NCBI RefSeq assembly: GCF_021869535.1
Contig: NW_026262679.1
Coordinates: 43,958,001 to 44,022,000, forward strand
DNA length: 64,000 bases
From: Mytilus californianus
Taxonomy: Eukaryota
Direction of reading: 5' to 3'
In this document: positions 23,110-36,169 of the stretch, piece after piece
Layout: each line of letters starts with the position of its first letter
Numbering within the stretch: position 1 is the first letter of the stretch
Made by a program: the position numbers and the translations under genes
The notes under the pieces: generated by a model
Database searches by the model: none
What the model was told of the DNA's origin: nothing
Seen by the model: only the letters and a program-made list of their open reading frames with translations

Positions 23110-26100
23110 GTATAAGATGTGACACTGTTGTAAGGGTACAATGACGAATATAAGATGTGACACTGTTGTAAGGGTACAATGACGAATATAAGATGTGACA
23201 CTGTTGTAAGGGTACAATGACGAATATAAGATGTGACACTGTTGTAAGGGTACAATGACGAATATAAGATGCGACACATTTGTAAGGGTACAACAATGAC
23301 ATCTATAAGATGTGACTCTATTGTAAGGGTACAGTGACGAATATAAGATGTGACACTGTTGTAAGGTACAGTGACGAATATAAGATGTGACACTGTTGTA
23401 AGGGTACAGTGACGAATATAAGATGTGACACTGTTGTAAGGGTACAGTGACGAATATAAGATGTGACACTGTTGTAAGACGAATATAAGATGTGACACTG
23501 TTGTAAGACGAATATAAGATGTGACACTGTTGTAAGGTACAATGACGGATGTAAGATGTGACGGTAAAGTAAGTTGTATATAACGGGATGCAATGACGAA
23601 TATAAAATGTGACACTGTTGTAAGGGTACAATGACGACTATATGATGTGATACTGCTGTAAGGGTACAATGATGAATGTAAGATGTGACGGTGTATAAAG
23701 TTGTTAAAAACGGGGTACAATGACAAATATGATATGTGACAGTAGCATAAGTTGTATATAACGGGGTACAATGACGGATGCAAGATGTGACGGTGTAGTA
23801 ATTTGTATATAACGGGGTACAATGGCGAATATAAGATGTGACACTGCTGTAAGGGTACAATGATGGATGTAAAATGTGACGGTGTAGTTATTTGTATATA
23901 ACGATGTACAAGGATGAAAGTAAGATGTGACGGTGTAGTAAGTTGTATATATTGGGGTACAATGACAAATATAAGATGTGACAGTGACATAAGTTGTATA
24001 TAACGGGGTTCAAAGACAGATGTAAGATGTTATAACGGGGTTCAATGACAGATGTAAGATGTGACGGTGTAGTAATTTGTATACAACGGGGTACAATGAT
24101 AAATGTAAGATGTGACGGTGTAGTTAGTTGTATATAACGATGTACAAGGATGAAAGTAAGATGTGACGGTGTAGTAAGTTGTATATTACGGGGTACAATG
24201 ACAAATATGATATGTGACAGTGACATAAGTTGTATATAACGGTGTACAAGGATGAATGTAAGATATGACGGTGTAGTAAGTTGTATATTACGGGGTACAA
24301 TGACAAATATGATATGTGACAGTGACATAAGTTGTATATAACGGTATACAAGGATGAATGTAAGATGTGACGGTGTAGTAAGTTGTATATAACAATGTAC
24401 AAGGATGAATGTAAAATGTGACGGTGTAGTAAGTTGTATATAACGATGTACAAGGATGAATGTAAGATGTGACGGTGTAGTAAGTTGTATATAACGGTGT
24501 ACAAGGATGAATATAAGATGTGACAGTGACATAAGATGTATATAACGGTGTAAACGGATGGATGTTAGATGTGACGGTGCAGTAAGTTGTATATAGTGGG
24601 GTACAATGACAAATATGAGATGTGACACTGCTGTAAGGGTACAATGACGACTATAAGATGTGACACTGTTGTAAGGGCACAGTGAGGAATATAAGATGTG
24701 ACACTGTTGTAAGGGTACAATGACTAATGCAAGATGTGACACTGTTGTAAGGTACAATGACGGATGTAAGATGTGACGGTAAAGTAAGTTGTATATAACT
24801 GGATGCAGTGACGAATATAAGATGTGACACTGTTATAAGGGTACAATGACGACGATATGATGTGATACTGCTGTAAGGGTACAATGATGAATGTAAGATG
24901 TGACGGTGTATAAAGTTGTATATAACGGGGTACAATGACAAATATGATATATGACAGTGACATAAGTTGTATATAACGGGGTACAATGACGGATGTAAGA
25001 TGTGACGGTGTAGTAATTTGTTTATAACGGGGTACAATGGCGAATATAAGATGTGACACTGCTGTAAGGGTACAATGATGGATGTAAAATGTGACGGTGT
25101 AGTTATTTGTATATAACGATGTACAAGGATGAAAGTAAGATGTGACGGTGTAGTAAGTTGTATATATTGGGGTACAATGACAAATGTAAGATGTGACAGT
25201 GACATAAGTTGTATATAACGGGGTTCAATGACAGATGTAAGATGTTATAACGGGGTTCAATGACAGATGTAAGATGTGACGGTGTAGTAATTTGTATACA
25301 ACGGGGTACAATGATAAATGTAAGATGTGACGGTGTAGTTAGTTGTATATAACGATGTACAAGGATGAAAGTAAGATGTGACGGTGTAGTAAGTTGTATA
25401 TTACGGGGTACAATGACAAATATGATATGTGACAGTGACAGTGACATAAGTTGTATATAACGGTGTACAAGGATGAATGTAAGATGTGACGGTGTAGTAA
25501 GTTGTACATTACGGGGTACAATGACAAATATGATATGTGACAGTGACATAAGTTGTATATAACGGTATACAAGGATGAATGTAAGATGTGACGGTGTAGT
25601 AAGTTGTATATAACAATGTACAAGGATGAATGTAAAATGTGACGGTGTAGTAAGTTGTATATAACGATGTACAAGGATGAATGTAAGATGTGACGGTGTA
25701 GTAAGTTGTATATAACGGTGTACAAGGATGAATATAAGATGTGACAGTGACATAAGTTGTAAATAACGGGGTACAATGACGGATGTAAGATGTGACGGTG
25801 TAGTAATTTGTATATAACGGGGTACAATGGCGAAAATAAGATGTGACACTGCTGTAAAGGTACAATGATGAATGTAAGATGTGGCGGTGTAGTAAGTTGT
25901 ATATAACGGTGTACAAGGATGAATGTAAGATGTGACGGTGTAGTAAGTGGTATATTACGGGATACAATGACACATATGATATGTGACAGTGACATAAGTT
26001 GTATATAACGGTGTTCAAGGATGGATGTAAGATGTGACGGTGTAGTAAGTTGTATATTACGGGGTACAATGACAAATATGATATGTGACTGTGACATAAG

Positions 26101-26505
26101 TTGTATATCAAGGTGTACAAGGATGGATGTAAGATGTGAAGGTGTAGTAAGTTGTATATTACGGGGTACAATTGCACATATGATATGTGACAGTGACATA
26201 AGTTGTGTATAACGGGGTACAATGATGGATGTAAGATATGACGATGTAGTAAGTTGTATATAACGGGGTACAATGATGGATGTAAGATGTGACGGTGTAG
26301 TAAGTTGTATATTATGGGGTACAATGACAAATATGATATGTGACAGTGACATAAATTGTATATAACGGGGTACAATGATGGATGTTAGATTTGGCGGTAA
26401 AGTAAGTTGTATATAACGGGGTACAATGACGAATATAAGACGTCACACTGTTGTAAGGGTACAATGACAAATATAAGATTTGACACTGTTGTAAGGGTAC
26501 AATGT
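23110..26505. repeat. 3.4-kb composite minisatellite of related 38-bp and 51-bp units
   Basis: 38-mer gatgtgacactgttgtaagggtacaatgacgaatataa and 51-mer gatgtgacggtgtagtaagttgtatataacggggtacaatgacggatgtaa, with a higher-order duplication at offset about 1215 bp. Confidence 0.95.
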
Positions 26506-26805
26506 CATTTGGTCTCTTGTGGAGAGTTGTCTCATTGGCAATCATACCACATCTTCTTATTTTTATATTCAAAGTAAATAACTCTAATCTTGTTCGAATT
26601 TTAAACACATGACGTTGTATGTATGTACACATGCCTATCGCAATGCTAACTCATTACGCTATGTATGCACATGCAAGCTCTTAATATATACGAGTACAGT
26701 CCTAAATCTAAGTGAATCATGATATGGAAGCTCGGGTTTGTATAGCTACGGTTTAAAGCAGAGAACATGTCTAGGTATGAAAAAGATCATTATAGGATTA
26801 AACTC

Positions 26806-26912
26806 ATTTTTTCTAGAGGTTATTGATGTGTAAAATCTGTCGATTAAGTCACAAAATGAATTTTTAGTTTTTAAGTCACATCAGTTTACACATCAATAAC
26901 CTCTAGAAAAAA
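26806..26912. repeat. Short foldback inverted repeat (about 33-bp arms)
   Basis: tttttctagaggttattgatgtgtaaaatctg ... cagtttacacatcaataacctctagaaaaa. Confidence 0.8.
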
Positions 26913-26920
26913 TGTGTTTA

Positions 26921-27186
26921 AGGGGATACCCAACACTTTCACTAAAATATTTTTGGCTCGTTTGTTTAATTTTCATAAAATTTTGACAAATTATTGTTGA
27001 CAAAAATATCAAAATTTCAAGAAATTTGAACCAAACAATTTACAGGAATAATTTCATTGGATTATAGCAGTTTGACAAACACTAATTTTTTTCATTGAGA
27101 AGCTTGATTTCTCTTTACTAATAGTAAATGATTAAAACGTTCAGCTGATTTTTAAAGAGTTAACTCGCTTAGGTGTTTGGTAACCC
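26921..27186. mobile_element. MITE, Kolobok-like
   Basis: ttaa|GGGGATACCCAACAC ... GTGTTTGGTAACCCC|tta. Confidence 0.55.
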
Positions 27187-27729
27187 TTACTCCTTATAAT
27201 TCTAAATCGGAACGTTATTTATTATTTTTTATTTTTATTTTAACTTTCTTTACAACGCAAACATGTGTCGCTCACGAATGCACTTCAGCATTATGTTTCC
27301 ATAGGCAACGTAAGTAGTTTCACCAACACAGTTTATCGAAGTGTTAACCTAGGAAAGAAACTTTAACCAAGGATTTGTATAGTGATTTATCACTATACAA
27401 ATCCTTGCTTTAACGGACCAATCAATTTCAAGTATTTGTTGATAAGCGAATCAAATAATAAGAATTAGCACACCGTACAACCGAATTGTTATGATTCAAT
27501 TAAAAAAACGTCGAACAAGGTCACAAATTAGTAATGTATTATATATAAAAATCTAGGAATCTTTTAACTATTTGTGTATAACAAACAACACATTATGCTA
27601 TCTCATAATGTTTTATTAATACGATGTAAGCTGAGGTATTATTCAGAACGAAGAATTCTGTATGAAACATATAACCCTTTACGCGAAGAGAATCCTTATT
27701 AACCTTATATGAAAACATATCTCTATTGC

Positions 27730-28145
27730 AAATGTATGTCATCTCATAATGTTATACGAATACATGGCTAAATTGTAAATGTATGTCAACTTATAACGTT
27801 ACATGAATACATGTCTACTCATAACGTTATATATGAATACATGTCTACTCATAACGTAATATGAATACATGTCTACTCATAACGTTAAATGAATACATGT
27901 CTGCTCATAAAGTTATATGAATACATGTCTACTCATAATGTTATAGGAATACATGTGTAACTTGCAAATGTATGTCATTTCATAACGTTATACGAATACA
28001 TGGCTTAATTGTAAATGTATGTCTTCTCATAACGTTATATGAATACATGTCTACTCATAACGATAAATGAATACATGTCTTCTCATAAAGTTATATGAAT
28101 ACAGGTCTGCATGAATTGCAAGTGTATTGTCAACTCATAACGGTA
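27730..28145. repeat. About 28-bp minisatellite
   Basis: Repeated atgaatacatgtctactcataacgttat. Confidence 0.9.
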
Positions 28146-28839
28146 TGGAAGTATAGGTTTAAAAAAAAATATAAAAACAATGCGAATCCATATCAACATT
28201 GCAATAGTCCACAACTCATAACGCCTATTCAACAACTAATTATGCCACTGCAAGTTGAAAGCATAATGCAAGTTGAAAATATAATGTGTTATATATATAT
28301 ATACATGATAGCTAAATACGAACTTGTCTTTTATTCTTTCAACTAATAAACTACATTTATACTAACATTAACATTTTCGTGAAGTATAAGTTATTGTATC
28401 AACATCTAATGATGGTATATAATATGAATCTTAATATTCTATGAATAAATGTATAAACAAAGAAATTTTATTCTATTCTAAGGGATGTCAGTCCTGCAGA
28501 TTAAACAAGTGATTGATACAATAGTAATGATTTACTGTTTTATTTTTATATATTTATGAAAATTTCGAAAAGAAAACGTACTTTGCTTGTGAGAGATGTC
28601 TACACACTCCATCATATTAATGTTCAATATCTTTTACTGTATTTAATTTCTGTGTCATTTGGTCTCAAATGCAAAATATATCATGCATATATTCAAGATG
28701 AGAACAAGTTAACGAGTATCCAATCGGCGAGTCTGAAATATGGATTGACTTGGAGAAGAGTGCATTGTAAGGGTAAGCAGATCCTGCTCCACATGTAGCA
28801 CCACCTGTGTTACTCCTTTAAAAACTCTATAAGTCGAAG

Positions 28840-30425
28840 AGAATCTGTCGTCATGGCAAAAAAAAACAAAAACTAAAGGTTCTAAAGAGCCTGTGTCGCT
28901 CACCTTGGTCTATGTGTATATTCAACAAAGGACACTCTCCAACATTGTAGAGGAGAATAGAATTCATGACAAAAATCTATTTTGTTGATCTTGTATTGCT
29001 GATCATTTAGTCTGTTTAGTTTCTCTCTATCTTCTTGAGTTTTTGCTCCAAACACAAAAGGGTAAACAAAATCCTCATTTAAGGGCAATCACTCCTATAA
29101 AGAGTGACAGTCTTCTAACTATATCGGCAAAATTTGGCTTGTTAGTAGATCTTGCCTTGCTGATCATTTTTGTGATTTAAAGTGTCTATTTATCTATTAT
29201 AATTTTTATCATATATGGCAAAACGTAAAAAAATGGTAAAAATCGTCATTAAAGGTCAATAACTCCAATAAGTAGTCGTCGAACGATTTCCTCCATCGTG
29301 TCTTAATTGTAGATCTTGTCTTCCTGATCATTTTTGCTTATTTAAGTGTCCATTTATCTATTATAATTTTTAAGATATAAGGCAAAAACGCAAAAAAATG
29401 GTAAAAATCGTCGTCAAAGGGCAATACCTCTAATAAGGAGTCGACTGACGATTTCGACCATGAAAACTTGTAGAACTTGTCTTGCTGATCATTTTTGCAA
29501 TTTGAAGTTTCTCTCTTTCTTTTATAGTTTTCACGATGATAGGCAAAAATGAAAAAAAAATGGTAAAACTTGTCATTTAAGGGCAATAACTCCTATAAGA
29601 AGTCGTCTTACAGTTTTGACTTATATGAACAATTGGTAAATCTTATCATTCTGAACATTTCTGCTTCTGTCAGATTTTCTCTATTTATAAGGGTTTTCAA
29701 AATAATAGATAAAACTTGCATTTTACCCCTATGTTCTATTTTAGCCACGTCGGCCATCTTGGTTGGCAAGCAGGGTCATCGGATACATTTTAAAACAAGA
29801 TACCCCAATGATGATTGTGGCCAAGTTTGGTTAAATTTGGCCCAGTAGTTTCAGATGAGAAGATTTTTGTAAAAGTTAACAGACGACGACGGACGACGGA
29901 CGCTAAGTGATGAGAAAAGCTCACTTGCTTTGGGCCAAGTGAGCTAAAAACGAGAAAGGCCGAAAAGACAAACAAGTCCATAAAATACTACTTAGAAAGC
30001 TAAAGACTTGCAACACGAAACCCGCCTGAAACTGGGGGTGATCTTAGTGCTCCAAAAGAATAAGCAGGTCATATTCAATATGTGCCACCCGTCTGTCACA
30101 GTCATATTGCTCTGATAAGTACACATTCTGTGATGTCACAATCGAGGAAAAGATAACAATTGGGATATGTTCGTCGTAATTTGTGACACTTATCCCATAA
30201 CGGTCAACCAAATCGTGATGGCGTCTGTAAATCTCTCGAAAGGGATGACTTCAACTTTACGACTAGTAACCGTTGTTTCTTGGTAAGCAGCAAACCTCTA
30301 ACAAGGTAATCATGACAGGAAACGCAAGCTCTGGAATAGCGTATATCAACAAAGAGAGATGTACTCCATATGCAAGCTCTACTGGTATTGCTTCATAGAA
30401 ATGGAAAGTTTACAATAGGAAAGAC
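28840..30425 (-). mobile_element. Decayed minus-strand copy of the same Penelope-like RT end and tail, interrupted by a HINE-like element
   Basis: 30180-30420 reverse-complements to FPIVNFPF/AYGV/YSRAC-like coding remnants. 29955-30095 matches the tail at 8060-8200. Confidence 0.65.
28866..29950. mobile_element. HINE-like element with about 155-bp internal repeats
   Basis: Repeated gctgatcatttttg units, a (GAC/GGAC)n microsatellite, hairpin AGCTCACTTG-ctttgggc-CAAGTGAGCT (29918-29945), and A-run flanks. Confidence 0.7.
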
Positions 30426-32019
30426 TTTTGAAGGTGTATGATATATTAATGTAAACAAACCTCCAATCTTTAAAGAAATTTAATGGTTATATGAACTACA
30501 TATGTACTGTTACTATAGAACTTATTAATAAGGAATTGAAGCAGTCGTTTTAAATAATAAATAAACCACAATCAAAAGGTACCACAAACTATTCAAAGGC
30601 GGGATATAAAAATTATCAGGAAGACTATACCAGAATAATATCATTATGGAAACAACTGAAGCACTCTTGGGTAGGTAAAATGTTTAAGAGTTGATGGGTT
30701 GCTGTCTCTTTGATGCAAACCCTTCCTTCTTTATTTATATTTTAACTTAATAGTTCAGCATGTACTTTTTGTAGGGTAAAGCAAAATTCAAAAAACAAGA
30801 TAGTATAAGAATAAAAAACGTGGTATACAATCATTACCAGTGAAACAATTACCCATAAAGAACAAAGGACAATGATGTAAACAGTTACAAGTCAGCGCAC
30901 AGCCTTTAACAACGAGCAAAACACATATCGCATAGTAAGCTGTAAAAGACCCTGGTATGACTAAATGTAAAACAGTTTTTAAGAGAAATAAACACACATC
31001 CTGATCTAAACTAGAACAAAGAACGAAAATCGACTATGACAGACAGCAACCATTGACAACCACTATGTGACAAATTCCTGACTTGAGACAAGCATATAAA
31101 GAATGTGGCGGAGATGAACGTGTTTGTGAGTGCTAAACCTTCCCCTAACATGGCACAGTGGTGTAACAACACAAAATAAGAGCTGTGACGTCAAAATAAG
31201 TTGGCAAGGGGATGACTCATTCGATTTGGTAGCACTCCACAGTTAGGTGTGTAGTTTCGCATTTTGGCCCCTGTGGATTTTTCAAATATGATAGCTAGTG
31301 TAGAATAAAATTCATTTTTGGATAGCTGAAGATTAAAATAGCCTTCATAGTGGGTTTATAGGAACATCAAGATTATGTAATGTATGTAATATGGGCTGTT
31401 TTCTGTATGACAGTCCGTATTTTCATATCCATACCAAATATTGGTCCGGCAATTATTGTAATGTTTTTTTCCGACTTTTTGTCGCACGAACTTTGCAATT
31501 AAATTTTATGAAAAAATGAGGCGAAAGACACCCATTTTTTATTTGATCATTTGGTAGATTTATATCAACAGTTTCTGAAAAGGTATCACTGAAAGGCATT
31601 GAAATTCTAGTTTGAACCAAATTTTGGGGGAATATGTGACATTTTTGCCCCCCTTTTTGCAATATTTTATGGTAAATAAATGCAGAATGTTGCCATGGAT
31701 ACACAAAAAAGGAATTATTTTTCACCATTTTAACTTTTAAAAATCAAATCTATGGAAGATACTGATAACATACATATGCACATGTATAACACAAACAGTT
31801 AGGTTAATGTATTAGAAAGCCAGGAATAGAAGATGATAAAACATTTTGTGGTTCAATTTTAATGTTTTTTCTAACTGTGGAGTGCTACCTAAGCACAAAA
31901 ACAGAATACAGTTGACACAAAGTACTAAAAGTACACGCAGTTACGGAAAGCCAAATTTCAACTTGTTAGTAACTGTGTTCTTCTAGACTAAAATGTCAAT
32001 CAGTACACCTCAAACGAAT

Positions 32020-32280
32020 TAAGTGGTCTGTGGTAGCGTGCTTGCCTCGAGCGAGAGAGGTCATGCGTTTAATCCTGACAAGGTGAAGTTAAAGGCTAGA
32101 AAATGGTGTTTAAGGCTTTTTCCGCTAAGCACGCGGCAATTAGGAGTAAGAGCAAAGACTGGTCGGCTCGCAGTCAGAATAATGTGCCAGGGTAGGGAGA
32201 CATGTCATCCTCGGACTGTTACCTTGTGAACTAGGATGTTAAAAATCCTGCTCAGAGTATCAGTCTAGTACAAAGCAGGG
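32020..32280 (+). mobile_element. tRNA-derived SINE with conserved central domain (bivalve MetaSINE-like)
   Basis: Decayed tRNA-like head (gtggtctgtggtagcgtgcttgcctcgag...), followed by ccgctaagcacgcggcaattaggagtaagagcaaagactggtcggctcg...aataatgtg, which I recall as a SINE core. Family name is tentative. Confidence 0.6.
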
Positions 32281-32906
32281 TTAATGTACTAATTTTGTGT
32301 CATGAATGGATACCCCATATCCTTTGTTTTTGTTATTAATACTCATATCACATTATCATGCTCCCGTCCTGAATTTGTCACTGGATGTTAAGAGCCATCC
32401 ATCCATCCAACTGATTTTTTTAAGACATCATAAACAGTCTGTGAAAAGAACAACATTGTACAATGCAAAAACTTTAAGTATCAACAGGATGTAGTACCAT
32501 GTTTGTTAAAACCTGGATAGAAATTCATATTTTGTTTGTGTATATAAAAATCAAAGCAATGTTAGGACCAATAAAGACAATTTCAAAAATATTTCTATCG
32601 TGCTAAATTTATAACCTTGAACAATAAGTTTGTTATGGGTTGCATCTTCAAAGACTATCATGAAATTTTGTTTTACAAAGGTTTCTTATTTTAAGTATTT
32701 CTGTTGGAATATTGAAGGATTAGGAATGATGTAAATTATTATGTTACCACTAATTTGTCAGCGTATACTTCATAGGAATGATTGTCTTGTATATATCCAC
32801 CTGGTATCAATTTTTCCAAATGCTGCTTGCATTAGACTTCTCTGGCAGTCTTTATTCCGTTTTGTAACATTTCACCCCTTTCAAATATCAAGGGTCCGCC
32901 CCTTAA

Positions 32907-33567
32907 AGAGGTATTAGTTACGAGATATAAAAAAAATTAAAATATGATTTTGTTTTTGCTTAATCATTAACGAAAGTGAAATAGTGAAATACTAATTCGC
33001 TTTCAGCAGCCAGTTTGGTTCAGTTTTGTCAAAATAGGCTAAGAAACATCTTGCAAGTGAATAATTTGACCTCATTGGATATTAAAGTGACCTTCAATTT
33101 AACCCCTTAGCTAGAGATGGGTTACGCATAAACTAGAGGTGTTCAGCTATAAAAAGAAAAATAATGTCAACATTGAAAGTGAAACAAGGGTAAATCATTT
33201 GGTTGACTGATTCGATCCACAAAAACTCATTCTTGTACAGGTAAAAACGATGATTAGCATATTTTTTAACCTATAATAAGAATTCAAACAGACCTAGAAA
33301 AATCCAATTGCACGTGTTCGCTATCTATATGTATGTTTATATCGGATTATATGACCGTCGGCAGTCTTTGGAGGTCACCTCGATGGCTAATTAGATGTCG
33401 TCTAGACTAAATTACACACGAATGCTAATACATATCATCGAGTCCATGCATCATAAATTGTTTATTTTAGACTTTTTATAATTTGACAATACGTTATAGT
33501 ATGTTATAAATCAAATTTGAGAATTTCGGTGAAATCGCTGAACATGAATTTGACAGCTTATGCCCCT
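32907..33567. mobile_element. Non-autonomous DNA transposon, Kolobok-like
   Basis: TTAA|AGAGGTATTAG ... CTTATGCCCCT|TTAA: imperfect TIRs with a TTAA target duplication. Confidence 0.55.
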
Positions 33568-33991
33568 TTAACATATCATTTAAAAATACAGGCAATCCAT
33601 GCCATTTCATTAGCCCTGTAATTCAAATGATATTTAAACTAAATGTAATCAAAAATAGTTTATTGACATCCAAACTATTTTAATGCTAAAAGGGTTGAAT
33701 TATACGTCATAATGACGGCAGTTGATCAAGGCAATGAGATGTACAATGAATTCTAACATCAACTACTGAATATTGCAAAATATTATACAAATGCAGGTGG
33801 CGTAGCTAGGCGGAAGCTCTGCCACATCGTTTTAACAAGCAAAATTTCTAAAATAAATATAAAGACTAACATTTTTTCGCATTTTTTTTCACATTTGCAT
33901 ATAGTTTCTTTTTTAATATATATATTAGTAGACTACTGGAAGCGGGCGGTATACCTTCCGTTTATTGATCATCTCTTGGGGACCTATCTGT

Positions 33992-34535
33992 GTAAGGCCC
34001 ATGAGTACAAGAGGTTGGGGTACTCTTTAGTAAGGCCCAAGTCCTGAGTACAATAAGAGGTTGGGGTACTCTCTTAGTAAGGCCCAAGTCCGGAGTACAA
34101 CAAGAGGTTGGGGTACTCTCTTAGTAAGGCCCAAGTCCGGAGTACAACAAGAGGTTGGGGTACTCTCTTAGTAAGGCCCAAGTTCGGAGTACAACAAGAG
34201 GATGGGGTACTCTCTTAGTAAGGCCCAATTCCGGAGTATAACAAGAGGTTGGGGGCCTCTCTTAGTAAGGCCCAAGTCCGGAGTACAACAAGAAGTTGGG
34301 GTACTCTCTTAGTAAGGCCCAAGTCCGGAGTACATCAAGAGTTGGGGACCTCTCTTAGTTTGGCCCAAGTCCGGAGTACAACAAGGGGGTGAGTTACTCT
34401 CTTAAGGCCCAAGTCCGGAGTACAACAACGGGCTGGGGACCTCTCTTAGTAAAGCCCAAGTCCGGAGTATAACAAGGGGGTGGGGTACTCTCTTTGTAAT
34501 GCCCAAGTCCAGAGTACAACAAGGGGGTGGGTGTA
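33992..34535. repeat. 47-bp GC-richer minisatellite, about 12 copies
   Basis: gtaaggcccaagtccggagtacaacaagaggttggggtactctctta, with starts at 34030, 34077, 34124 and onward. Confidence 0.95.
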
Positions 34536-34694
34536 CACCCTCATGAGTTAATTATATGTCCAAGAAGTAAAACACCAATATGTGAGTTGGTTGTTTGATT
34601 GGTGAAATGTAATGTCAGTTTAATGTATAATTAACCCCACTGCGTAAGATTGTGTAATTGTTTTGGTGGATCAGTTTCATGATTATATAAAAAA

Positions 34695-34970
34695 AAAGAA
34701 GATGTAGTATGATTGCCAATGAGACATCTCTCTACCAGAGACCACATGACGTAGAAGTGTACAACAATAGGTCACTGTACGGTCTTCAACAATGAGCAAA
34801 AACCCATACCACATTGTAAGCTAAAAAAGGGCCTTGGAATGACAAATGTGAAACATTTCAAACGAGAAAGCTAGGCCTGATTTATGTACAAAACCATAAA
34901 CGAAAACAAATATGATATACAGCAACAAACGACAACCACTGAATAACAAGCTCCTTGCTTGGGACAGCTC
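34695..34970 (+). repeat. Dispersed SINE-like repeat; other copies at about 55-180, 18625-18745, 26505-26570(-), 30800-31150, 45100-45240(-), 46600-46740(-) and 61460-61800
   Basis: Shared aagaagatgtggtatgattgccaatgagacaactctc and aacgaaaacaaatatgatatacagcaacaaacgacaaccactgaa motifs across the window. Confidence 0.75.
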
Positions 34971-34974
34971 GATA

Positions 34975-35910
34975 CAAAGCACACACATAAATGGGGAGTG
35001 TGTCCATGGGACACAGATGATGCCCCCGCTTTCATATCATATAAAGTTATAAAGGAACATGACTGAAGACTGGTAAAAAAGACACTACCCAAATTTGTAC
35101 TTGATCTAAGTTTTGTAGTAATAAGTATTGTGTATAAGTTTCATAACATTTGGTTGAGGCAAACTTAAATTAGAGAACGGAAACGAAAAATTCAGCATTT
35201 TGTCCAATTATAAAGGGGCATAACTCTAGGACAGTAAAAGTTAAACCACCAAAATTCATACTTGATCTGTGTTTTGTGGTAATAAGCATTGTGTATAAGT
35301 TTCATAATATTTGGTTGAGGCAAACTAAAGTTAGAGAACGGAAATGAAAAAAATCAGCAATTTTTCCATTTGTAAAGGGGCATAACTCTAGAATAGTTAA
35401 AGTGACACCACCAAAATTCAAACCTGATCTGTGTTTTGTAGTAATAAGCATAGTGTATAAGTTTCATAACATTTGGTTGTGACTAACTTAAGTTAGAGAA
35501 TGGAAACGAAAAATTCAGCAATTTTTCCATTTGTAAACGGCCATAACTCTATAACAGTTAAAGTGACACCACCAAAATTCAAACTTGATCTGTATTTTGT
35601 GGTAATAAGCATTGTGTATAAGTTTCATAACATTTTTTTTGAGGCAAACTAAAGTTAGAGAACGGAAATGAAAAAAATCAGCAATTTTTCCATTTGTAAA
35701 GGGGCATAACTCTAGAACGGTTAAAGCGACGCCACCAAAATTCAAATTTGATCTGTGTTTTGTGGTAATAAGCATTGTGTATAAGTTTCATAACATTTCG
35801 TTGAGGCAAACAAAAGTTAGAGAACGGAAACCAACTTTTGGACGTACGGACGTACAGACGGACAAGGGTAAATCTTAATGTCCCCTCCGCTACGGCGAGG
35901 GGCATAAAAA
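34975..35910. mobile_element. HINE-like element with about 161-bp internal tandem repeats (about 4.5 copies)
   Basis: Repeated caaaattc..cttgatctg..gtaataagcattgtgtataagtttcataac units, a GGAC-type microsatellite, and a terminal hairpin cccctccgctacggcgagggg before an A-run. Confidence 0.75.
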
Positions 35911-36169
35911 TCCTAACAATAACAATTATGCATTTTCTTTATCATTTTTGTTGCAAAAGTTGTGTTTAAGAACACCCTGAAAAGTGTCTGCTCTAGAATG
36001 CAGAATTTTGCACCATTTTTGCTTCTGCTTTGGGTGCCTAGGCGGCCACAAACTCTAAAGGTAGTCAGGTCTGGTTACCTTCATATTAATCTTGTGCTAT
36101 ATGTACATGTCAGTCTCTAATAGGTGCTCCTGCTTACAAAATAATACAAGTATCACATAAACTTAACAT

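Noticed and set aside
23077-26375. Many long minus-strand ORFs (up to 337 aa) rich in H/L/Y/T/I
   Set aside because: They overlap in all three frames and simply translate the 38/51-bp minisatellite; there are no splice signals or protein-like composition.
32020-32090. tRNA gene
   Set aside because: No complete cloverleaf; it is the decayed head of a SINE.
33992-34535. CRISPR-like appearance of the hairpin-containing tandem arrays (also 23-26 kb and 59-60 kb)
   Set aside because: Units are contiguous with no unique spacers, there are no cas genes, and the context is eukaryotic.
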